Assembly: GCA_025839675.1 (NCBI GenBank)
Contig: CP104013.1
Location: 2,130,001-2,162,000, forward strand
DNA length: 32,000 nt
Source: Candidatus Lokiarchaeum ossiferum
GTDB lineage: Archaea; Asgardarchaeota; Lokiarchaeia; Sigyniarchaeales; Promethearchaeaceae
Reading direction: 5' to 3'
Shown here: piece by piece, positions 7,714 to 15,451 of the stretch
How positions within the stretch are numbered: position 1 is the first letter of the stretch
Layout: every line of letters begins with the position of its first letter
Notes under the pieces: generated by a model
Seen by the model: the letters and a program-made list of their open reading frames with translations, nothing else
Databases searched by the model: none
Told to the model about the DNA's origin: nothing
Translations under genes and position numbers: made by a program

Positions 7714-9504
7714 ATGCCGACTAATCCATATTTAGTCCCAGAAGGAAGACCGTTCCATACAGGCCAATATTGGCCCGAAGGAGTCCCACATCAAATAGAA
7801 TACGACTATACCTTGACTTTAAATGATATGTTTGAAAATTCAGTAAAGAAATATCTAAAGGATCCCGTTATTTGGTTTTTAGATGGATGGATCACCTATG
7901 CAGAATTAAAAGATTCTGTTGATCGCTTTGCTACCGCCCTTCATTCATTTGGAGTTTCAAAAGGAGATGTTGTCGCAATTCACCTGCCAAATTCCCCACA
8001 ATACGTTGTCGCCTATTATGCAATCGTTCAATTAGGGGCAATTGTTACTGGGATAAATCCTCAATATAAACCTACGGAGATTCTTCATCAATTAAAAATT
8101 ACCGGTGCGACTTATCTCGTGGTATTGGATGCGCTTTATACCAATTTTGTAGCACCCATAATGGATAAATGGGAACTAAAAAAAGTTATCCATACTAACA
8201 TGTTAGATATGGCTGTAGGATTATCAGGAGTTAAAAAATTCTTGGCAAAGAAACTAAAAAAAGTGCCGGTAACCAAAGTTATTCATCCCAATGCAATATC
8301 CTTCAAAGAATGTTTAAAATTTGAACGAAAAGCACCCAAAATCGCAGTATCAGCTTCCGATCCTGCAGTATATATGATGACTGGCGGAACCACGGGAATT
8401 CCAAAAGCCGCAATCCTAACCCACTTGAACTGCGTTGCAAATTCTTTTCAAAGTGAAGAAACTTTGACGAATCAACCAATCCCTAATCGAAAGCAAGTAT
8501 TGGGAAATAAAACTGCTTTAATCGGAGTTTTACCTCTCTATCATTCCTTTGCCATGACTTCGGTCATGAATTTTGGTATAAAAGCAGGGTGTTGGATGAA
8601 ATTATACCCCAAACCCCCTCCCACCGAAGAATTATTGAAAGATTTTCATGAAATGCCTGATCTGAATGGGTGCATTTATTGTGGAGCAGAAATCTTATTT
8701 CAACGCATAGCGGAATTACCAAGTTCTGTGTTGGACCAATATGACATTAAGGGAAAACTAACTCTTTGTATTAGCGGAGCCGGTCCCCTTCATGAATATG
8801 TACGTATTCCCTATGAAGAAAAAACCGGATCTAAAATTCGGGAAGGATATGGATTAGCAGAAGCATGTCCAATCGTTTCTACGAACAATTTCTTTGGAAA
8901 ATCAGATCCCGGTACGATTGGTGTACCCTTTCCAGGCACTGATTGGAGAATATTTCCAACCGACGACTTTGATGAAGGCCCCATTGAAACTATTGGGGAA
9001 GAAGGGACAGGGGAAATCTGTATTTGTGGACCCCAAGTTATGAATGGATATCTGAACGAACCGGAACAAACTGCTGATACCATCAAAGAGTGGGATGGAC
9101 GCAAGTGGTTGTTAACGGGAGATATTGGATTCATGGATAAGGATGGAAGGGTCGTTATTCGAGATCGTAAAAAGCAACTCATAAAATTAGCAGGTCATTC
9201 TGTATTTCCAGCCGAAGTGGAAAGTTTGTTGGGCAATCACCCTCAAGTATTGGAAGCAGCAGTTGCAGGAGTTCCCGATCAAAAAACGGGAGAAGCCATC
9301 AAAGCGTGGGTGGCTTTAAAACCAAGCGAAATCGGGAAATTGACCACCGATGAATTACTCAGTTGGGCGAACGAAAACCTAACTCGATGGAAAGTGCCGA
9401 AATATATTGAAATTGTAAATGAATTACCCAAATCGGCCGTCGGAAAAGTAATTCGACGCACCTTGCAAGAAGCTGACCCATTGTGGCAAGCAAAAAATCA
9501 GTAA
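7714..9504 (+). CDS. AMP-forming acyl-CoA ligase (long/medium-chain fatty-acid-CoA ligase, FadD-like adenylate-forming enzyme)
   Basis: Core motifs: YMMTGGTTGIPKAA (A3), GYGLAEA (A5), LLTGDIGFMDKDG (A7), IRDRKKQLIKLAGHSVFPAEVE (A8) and LPKSAVGKVIRR (A10). The track ORF begins at TTG 7696. ATG 7714 is preceded by GAGGG at SD-like spacing. Confidence 0.9.
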   Translation: MPTNPYLVPEGRPFHTGQYWPEGVPHQIEYDYTLTLNDMFENSVKKYLKDPVIWFLDGWITYAELKDSVDRFATALHSFGVSKGDVVAIHLPNSPQYVVAYYAIVQLGAIVTGINPQYKPTEILHQLKITGATYLVVLDALYTNFVAPIMDKWELKKVIHTNMLDMAVGLSGVKKFLAKKLKKVPVTKVIHPNAISFKECLKFERKAPKIAVSASDPAVYMMTGGTTGIPKAAILTHLNCVANSFQSEETLTNQPIPNRKQVLGNKTALIGVLPLYHSFAMTSVMNFGIKAGCWMKLYPKPPPTEELLKDFHEMPDLNGCIYCGAEILFQRIAELPSSVLDQYDIKGKLTLCISGAGPLHEYVRIPYEEKTGSKIREGYGLAEACPIVSTNNFFGKSDPGTIGVPFPGTDWRIFPTDDFDEGPIETIGEEGTGEICICGPQVMNGYLNEPEQTADTIKEWDGRKWLLTGDIGFMDKDGRVVIRDRKKQLIKLAGHSVFPAEVESLLGNHPQVLEAAVAGVPDQKTGEAIKAWVALKPSEIGKLTTDELLSWANENLTRWKVPKYIEIVNELPKSAVGKVIRRTLQEADPLWQAKNQ

Positions 9505-9520
9505 TTGGAATGTTGTAGAC

Positions 9521-10630
9521 TTACATTAAAAGTCCTTTTTTTTCATGTAGAGTATTGATCTTTTCTGAAAGTTCTTTATGCGCTTTTTTATAAATTGGAA
9601 TAAATTGAAAAATTCCATTAAGAAAATGGGACATTTTATTAAAAGTAGGGTTATTTAAGAAAATTTCAGCCCTGTTTTCAAGATTTCTTTGGATTTCAGC
9701 TAATCTCTCTTGCCAGGAAAGTAATTTTTCTGTTGATTCACATAAAAGATGGATATTTGCCTCCAATATTGAGGGCATAACATAATGATATGGTCGTTTG
9801 CGGGGGATTATTTTACGAATATAATGAAAATTTTCTAATTCTTTAAATGTTTGAGAGATTCTCCCATTTGAGAAGGATGTGAGTTCCTTAATTTTCTGTT
9901 GAGTAATTTTTCCCCTTAAATAGAAGTAGGCTAAGATTTCTGCAGTAATTTCGCTATGATGGCGCAGTATTTGATGATTAGTCAGATGATTAATCAAATT
10001 ACTCTCCACTTGAAGAAGTGATGGATCCAGATCAATCTGTTTGTCAAACTTGCTTTGTACAAGTATAATTTCCTTGGTTATTAGAGGAGGGAATCTTTTA
10101 TCGGAATACTTTAAACATTCATTAGTCCAAGCAGAAAAATTTAAGAGAAATTCATAGGTATGGATCAATTGATCCAACCTATCAATCAAAAATGAGCATC
10201 CAGATGTCGAGGGTTCAAATTTCTGTAAGATTTCACTTCGCTTTTTTTGGAAAAATATAATTTCTTTGGTTAGGGAATCTTCACCTTGAGCAAAAGCTAA
10301 AGATGTTTTAGAATAACTAGAATTTAAAGAATACTCGTATTTTTTAGTCGATTTATTTAGTTCTACATTAATTTCTTTTTTTTTTGTCAATTCCTTTAAG
10401 GTTTCAGAAATTGTCCCACAGGATATTTTAGTCAATTTCTTAAATTGATCTTGTGTTAAAACCGGATTAAATATGAGATAGGCCTTAATTTGTGATTCTT
10501 TGGAATTTTGTGAACGATAATTGCTAATATCTTGAATGAACTCAACAATTTGTTGCTGACTTGAGAAAAGAAGGGTTGAAACATCATTTTCATGTGAATT
10601 AGATTTTGATATTTGATCTGTTTTAGTCAC
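9521..10630 (-). CDS. Transcriptional regulator with two tandem winged-helix (TrmB/MarR-like) modules in one chain
   Basis: 369-aa ORF with a GTG start at 10628-10630 and no in-frame ATG nearby. It shows an internal duplication. KAYLIFNPVLTQDQFKKLTKISCGTISETLKELTKKKEI aligns with LAYFYLRGKITQQKIKELTSFSNGRISQTFKELENFHYI. Each copy is followed by a helical region. Confidence 0.7.
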   Translation of the reverse strand: MTKTDQISKSNSHENDVSTLLFSSQQQIVEFIQDISNYRSQNSKESQIKAYLIFNPVLTQDQFKKLTKISCGTISETLKELTKKKEINVELNKSTKKYEYSLNSSYSKTSLAFAQGEDSLTKEIIFFQKKRSEILQKFEPSTSGCSFLIDRLDQLIHTYEFLLNFSAWTNECLKYSDKRFPPLITKEIILVQSKFDKQIDLDPSLLQVESNLINHLTNHQILRHHSEITAEILAYFYLRGKITQQKIKELTSFSNGRISQTFKELENFHYIRKIIPRKRPYHYVMPSILEANIHLLCESTEKLLSWQERLAEIQRNLENRAEIFLNNPTFNKMSHFLNGIFQFIPIYKKAHKELSEKINTLHEKKGLLM

Positions 10631-10669
10631 GTTTGTTTCTAAAATAACTAAGGAATTTTTGATATTTAA

Positions 10670-10694
10670 CGATTTTGAAAATCGTGAATTTCAC
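10670..10694. promoter_or_regulatory. Operator candidate 1: palindrome GTGAA-T-TTCAC (10684-10694), abutted by a second 7-1-7 palindrome CGATTTT-G-AAAATCG (10670-10684)
   Basis: Both palindromes are read directly. The GTGAATTTCAC centre (10689) lies about 26 bp downstream, in minus-strand direction, of a TATA-like TTTATATT (complement of 10712-10719). That is where the regulator gene's transcription start is expected. Confidence 0.5.
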
Positions 10695-10752
10695 TGAATT
10701 CGAAATGCTTAAATATAAAATTCACTATAAATAGATCAGAGATTTCATTATG

Positions 10753-10765
10753 TGTGAATTTCACA
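10753..10765. promoter_or_regulatory. Operator candidate 2: second exact copy of GTGAATTTCAC (10754-10764), extended to the 13-bp palindrome TGTGAA-T-TTCACA
   Basis: Identical 11-mer to 10684-10694, with centres 70 bp apart. Its centre (10759) lies about 29 bp downstream of TATAAATA (10726-10733), about where the start of the 10800-12146 transcript is expected. A lone TTCAC half-site sits at 10721-10725. Confidence 0.5.
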
Positions 10766-10799
10766 TTAAATGAAATTTTAATTTCAAGAAGGTAAAAAT

Positions 10800-12146
10800 A
10801 TGATTAACTCAAATCTCGAAACTTTTCAAATGAACTTAACTTTTGAGCGTTCTTTTCTTCCGGCGAGATCCTCAAATATTAAAATCGTAGCAGCGGTCAA
10901 AGGGCAGATAACACCAGAAGCATTTCATAATGCAGTGACAAAATTGGCGTTAAAACATCCATTATTAAGATCGAGAGTAATTGTACGTAGTGATGGAAGT
11001 GCCTATCTCACTACTGAAGGAGGATGTTGTCCTAAAGTAATTATTAAAGAAGAACGAACAACCGAAGATATTTTTGAAGCAATCTATCAAGAAGATTTAC
11101 AACCAGCAAATTGGGAAAATGATCCTACCAGTCGCTTCTTCCTCTTCGGCAAAACAGGAAATCAACACATAATTGTAGCATATATTCATCATACAGTTGC
11201 AGATGGGAGATCGGTGGCTTTTGTGATGCAACATCTACTAAGTTTAATTGCAAATCCCTCACAAGAAGTGAAAATTCTTCCTCCTATTTCCATGCTCGAT
11301 GCAGTTCCTTCTGATATCAAGATCTCTAAGATGTTAACCAAACTATTAGGAATGATCAATAAAAAATGGGGAAAAGAAAAAATTACTTTCACTATGAAAG
11401 ATTTTCTACAGGTTGCTCAAGAAAAATATACCCAAGGCCCAGAAATTTATGTTGATAAATCATTAACACGTGAAGAAACAAATCAACTTCGACAAAAAGC
11501 ACGAAATCACGGAGTTTCAGTCAATGCGATGATCTTAGCTGCATCAATACTGGCAAAAGAAATAGAAGAAAAAGCTTCTTCTCCAAATAAGGTAGGATTT
11601 GCAGTTGATGTTCGTAAAAAACTCACTAAAAATACAGGTGAAGCATGCAATTTACTTGCTTCGGGGTTAATGGTAAATCCAAAATATAAACGAGGAATGA
11701 CATTTTGGGAGTTAGCTCGAAATATACATATAAAAACCCTAAAAAACATAAAATCAAATAAGAAACTATTCATGAAGCGTGTTATGGCCCCACTAATGGA
11801 TCCTACCTTCAATGATGCAATGTATATGATGCAGCAAAGTAGTTGGGAAGGTACTCCAATGTTGAAAAAAATGGGAAATAAGAAATCCCCAGTTGGAGCA
11901 GTACTTACGAATTTAGGGGGCCTAAGTCTTCCTTTGGATTACCTTGGACAAACACCTATAAAACTTCAAGATGCAATCTTCTTCCCCCCTATTGGTGTGG
12001 ATTCTGTTATTGAAATTGGAGCAAGTAGCTTAGCAGGAAAACTCCATTTAGTGACTCAATCCAAGCAGGATGCACAAAACCAATTAGTGAAGGAAAAAAT
12101 ATTGGTGAAAATAATTGAGATTCTTCAAAAAAATACACAACAATAA
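10800..12146 (+). CDS. Stand-alone HHxxxDG acyltransferase (condensation-domain / PapA5 / WS-DGAT-like superfamily)
   Basis: 448-aa ORF containing IIVAYIHHTVADGRSVAFVMQHLL, the HHxxxDG catalytic signature of this superfamily. Its size matches two-lobed stand-alone members. A GAAGGT lies 6 nt upstream of the ATG. Confidence 0.7.
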   Translation: MINSNLETFQMNLTFERSFLPARSSNIKIVAAVKGQITPEAFHNAVTKLALKHPLLRSRVIVRSDGSAYLTTEGGCCPKVIIKEERTTEDIFEAIYQEDLQPANWENDPTSRFFLFGKTGNQHIIVAYIHHTVADGRSVAFVMQHLLSLIANPSQEVKILPPISMLDAVPSDIKISKMLTKLLGMINKKWGKEKITFTMKDFLQVAQEKYTQGPEIYVDKSLTREETNQLRQKARNHGVSVNAMILAASILAKEIEEKASSPNKVGFAVDVRKKLTKNTGEACNLLASGLMVNPKYKRGMTFWELARNIHIKTLKNIKSNKKLFMKRVMAPLMDPTFNDAMYMMQQSSWEGTPMLKKMGNKKSPVGAVLTNLGGLSLPLDYLGQTPIKLQDAIFFPPIGVDSVIEIGASSLAGKLHLVTQSKQDAQNQLVKEKILVKIIEILQKNTQQ

Positions 12147-12170
12147 GAAAATTAAGTCCTATCTCTAGTA

Positions 12171-12181
12171 TTTTTTTTTTT
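12171..12181 (+). terminator. Oligo-T tract (T11), candidate terminator of 10800-12146
   Basis: Eleven consecutive T starting 25 nt after the TAA at 12144-12146. Confidence 0.4.
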
Positions 12182-12196
12182 ATTATTTACTATTTT

Positions 12197-12941
12197 TCAC
12201 TTTCCTTTGAAGAAAAAAACATCGATATTCTTTGCTATCTGCTTCGCAATCCCATAAGGAACCCCCAATTGTAAGAAATTTACATGAAACCACGTATTAC
12301 CTGAGGGATCGGTAGATCCTAAAATAATTCGTTGTTCTAGACTATTTTTAGTGAGAATTGTTGAATAAGAAATGAATGAATCATAGTAAAGATCCCCGGG
12401 AAATTGAACTTTCAAGGAGCTTTCGGATTGAAAATAGAATAAGGAGTAAAAATTTCTAATCAGTTCAGCTTTTCCAAAAAATAAAACTGAACGGATTTTT
12501 TGATTACCTACAACTTCATCACTATTATTTTCGGAATCAAATTTTTGAGGAACAATTTTTTTCCCAAAGGGTTCACTTCACCCAGAGATTTTAACCTTTG
12601 CCGTACTAATTCGGGAGTGGCAAGTAAATGTTCTGACTTCCCATTTCGAATATCTTCTCTACTTGTTGAAAGAAAAATTGTAAATAGAGCCTAAATTCAT
12701 TGTAACCCAACTATCCTTGTCCAATCGGGCAACTTTTTCGGTTTTCATCTTGTTCAATAATGATTGCATGAATTTAGGGAGCATCTACTAATTCAAAGAT
12801 GGTTTTGTCAATGCATGACTAATTTTTGAAATGTACTTCTTTGGAAGGAATTTCATCGGAAATATAGATTAATAGAGGAGTTTTCTTCAGATGTATTGCC
12901 ATTATGAGTTTTTCTATAACTTGCCATTTATTCAATTCCAT
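12197..12941 (-). pseudogene. Decayed gene remnant (family not recognised)
   Basis: From the reverse-strand ATG at 12941, one frame reads a protein-like sequence broken by TAG, TAA, TAG and TAG. That sequence is MELNKWQVIEKLIMAIHLKKTPLLIYISDEIPSKEVHFKN*SCIDKTIFELVDAP*IHAIIIEQDENRKSCPIGQG*LGYNEFRLYLQFFFQQVEKIFEMGSQNIYLPLPN*. After a frame change, a 126-codon open stretch (12577-12200) lacks any ATG/GTG start upstream of the TTG used by the track ORF 12197-12415. Confidence 0.5.
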
Positions 12942-12952
12942 CAATAATTCAT

Positions 12953-13735
12953 TTATTTTTTTAACTTCTTTCCAAATTTAATCAAGTTAAAACCAACCGC
13001 AATATGCCAAATCATAATAAATATGGCTGCAAGAGTATAAGGAAGAAAGAGTAAAGCGGGAAAAAAGAATAGGGGGATGATAAAAGTTAGTAAAAAACCA
13101 TGTCCAATTATTCCTATCATTCCAACCCATTTCTTAAAATCGGTTGACTTTAGGAATAAAATTGAATAAATTAGCCCTGCAATTGCAAAACAGATTTGAC
13201 TAAAATACACAATCATCCCTTGCCATGTAAGTTGAATAAGGGCAAAGGGCAATAGTTGTTCGCCTTTTAATAGTAAAGTATTCATTTCACTATTGGTTGT
13301 AGCGTTATAATATTGATTGCTTAATCGCATCATGGCAAGTGCAGGATTCGTGATTATAACAATAAGAACTGCAGTAATTCCGAATAGTAACGCCACTTTC
13401 GCTTGAGTTGGTTTTGTGTTTTTGAAATAGAAAAACAATCCAAGAAATATGAAACTGACGAGGATATAATTAATTACATCTAAGAATTGGAGATAAATTA
13501 GCCCTAATAAGGGATAGGTGTGAAACATTGAAAACCACTCTAAAACAGATGTCGGTTGAAGCAGATTTTCATTGATAAGTCCAAATTCTTGTAAAAGTGT
13601 GATTTCAGCGCTCCAATTTTTGCGTATGAATACCCCCGCAATGATTCCAGCAATCCCAGCGATAATATAAAATGACTTCTTCCATAGTAAAAATTTTTTT
13701 TGAGATTCTTGGTCAATTTGATCTGAAGAATTCAC
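12953..13735 (-). CDS. Polytopic membrane protein, possibly DUF4386-like
   Basis: 260-aa ORF with a GTG start at 13733-13735. It has multiple hydrophobic helices. The overall pattern, including the C-terminal LFLKSTDFKKWVGMIGIIGHGFLL, resembles DUF4386 proteins from memory. It sits 9 nt downstream of the MFS gene on the same strand. Confidence 0.6.
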   Translation of the reverse strand: MNSSDQIDQESQKKFLLWKKSFYIIAGIAGIIAGVFIRKNWSAEITLLQEFGLINENLLQPTSVLEWFSMFHTYPLLGLIYLQFLDVINYILVSFIFLGLFFYFKNTKPTQAKVALLFGITAVLIVIITNPALAMMRLSNQYYNATTNSEMNTLLLKGEQLLPFALIQLTWQGMIVYFSQICFAIAGLIYSILFLKSTDFKKWVGMIGIIGHGFLLTFIIPLFFFPALLFLPYTLAAIFIMIWHIAVGFNLIKFGKKLKK

Positions 13736-13744
13736 AGATAATTA

Positions 13745-15169
13745 TCAACATTGATTATTTTTATTTTCTTCTAATATCTTCGATCGATCACTTAACAACT
13801 CTTGAACTCTCTTTCTATCCCCTTTAATCGTTTTGAATGTTAAAAACCACATTAATAAGCCAGGAAGTAGCAACCAAGCCATACTAAAAATAACTGCTTG
13901 ATAATTTTGTTCATATCTGGTTAAGAGAATACCGGCTAAGAGAGGTCCAAAACCATAACTCGCAATTTCTACCATTTGTCCCCAAGAACGAATGGAACCT
14001 TGCGCTTCGGGTAAATTTATTTCTTGAATTATGGCAGGTTGATTTACCATAAAGAGACTGAAATCAATACGCGCCAGGAAAATTACAATCCCATATAGAA
14101 CAAATCCATTGAAAGACCATAAAACAGAAATATTTTCTCCTTCTGCTGGAGATAAATGGGGGAGATCAACTAAGAAGAAGCAAGATACCAAGAGAAATCC
14201 CCCGATGAGAGAAAATATGATCATTTTAATGCGATTTTTAATATTTTTCTTCCCAAATTTGTCCGATAGTTGCCCGAACACTAATGGTCCGATCAGAGCA
14301 GCAGGTAATCCAAAGGTAAGAGAAAGCACGGCGGAATTTGTAGGGGATAAATTTCGAGGAGCATCTTGGATATAGGGTAATAGCAGAAGATCCAATATTC
14401 CAAAGAACACATTCGTGAAGATCCCTTCAAAAAGAATAAGAAGATTGGTTTTACTTAGCATGGTGGATTTAAGCGTGTCTTTTGATATCTTAAATTTATA
14501 TTCAACATCAGTATTGGACAAGACATTCGTCAAAACTTGTTCAGTAATGCCCCGTTTAGGCTCTATAAAACGTAAAAGCATGTAGGCAGAATAGAATATA
14601 TAAAGGAGACCGATGCTGAAGTAATAATACCGCCAGTATCCAAGTTGAAAGACAACAGCACTGGCTAAGGAGAATAAGCTCGGAAATAATCCCCAGATCA
14701 GTGATCCTAATCCAAAATACTTGGATCGATTTTCTTTTTGTAAAATGTCACTCACAAATGAATGAATTATGGGCCCGCCAGCACTCATGAACATTCCGGT
14801 GAAACCCCGAACAATAATCCACCAAATGTAATTGGAATTACCGCCACCTACAGGTAAGAATCCATTTAGGAAGATCATGATCCCTGTCATAGAACTTGTA
14901 AAGGAAAGCATAGTTTTGCGTTTAATTCGATCAGCTAAATAACCCCACAATAAAGCGCAAACACCATCAACCCACAACCGAACAGTTATTAAAGCCCCCA
15001 TTTGTAGTGCATGAAACGATTCTCCTGGCCAAAGTAAATTTGATAAATAAATTAAATTGATATAATCTGCCGAGATAAAAATACCAACTAAAGCTTCATA
15101 GGCAAGTAAAGGCCATACTTTTTTAATAACATACCCATAACTACGTGATGTTTCATCTGAGGAGACCAT
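13745..15169 (-). CDS. Major facilitator superfamily (MFS) transporter
   Basis: 474-aa ORF with an ATG at 15167-15169 and about 12 hydrophobic helices. MFS motif A is present between helices 2 and 3 (GYLADRIKRKTM). Confidence 0.85.
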   Translation of the reverse strand: MVSSDETSRSYGYVIKKVWPLLAYEALVGIFISADYINLIYLSNLLWPGESFHALQMGALITVRLWVDGVCALLWGYLADRIKRKTMLSFTSSMTGIMIFLNGFLPVGGGNSNYIWWIIVRGFTGMFMSAGGPIIHSFVSDILQKENRSKYFGLGSLIWGLFPSLFSLASAVVFQLGYWRYYYFSIGLLYIFYSAYMLLRFIEPKRGITEQVLTNVLSNTDVEYKFKISKDTLKSTMLSKTNLLILFEGIFTNVFFGILDLLLLPYIQDAPRNLSPTNSAVLSLTFGLPAALIGPLVFGQLSDKFGKKNIKNRIKMIIFSLIGGFLLVSCFFLVDLPHLSPAEGENISVLWSFNGFVLYGIVIFLARIDFSLFMVNQPAIIQEINLPEAQGSIRSWGQMVEIASYGFGPLLAGILLTRYEQNYQAVIFSMAWLLLPGLLMWFLTFKTIKGDRKRVQELLSDRSKILEENKNNQC

Positions 15170-15451
15170 TTATTTAAAGATAAATGAGAGATATCACTTA
15201 TTTTTTTCCTTTTGGATGTCGGAAAAACTCAAATTTGATCACTTATTTCAAGCCATCACTAAATAAATTTACCAACACAATATTTGGGATTAAGTTCGCT
15301 CATATTTGCCAACAATTTTTAGTTAGCTGAATATTATTAAAGTGTATATAAGGAATTCTTTAAATTGATGCATCTTAGGAAAGATCCACAAAAAATCTTC
15401 AGTTAGACTCAGCACTATCATTCGATAAAGGTCAATATAAATTAGAAAAAA

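Noticed and set aside
12606-12941. The in-frame TAG codons in a protein-like reading frame could indicate pyrrolysine or other stop-codon recoding.
   Set aside because: TAA also interrupts the same frame, TGA closes the neighbouring frame, and a frameshift is needed to reach the downstream open stretch. All other genes in the window terminate normally on all three stops, so gene decay is the simpler explanation.
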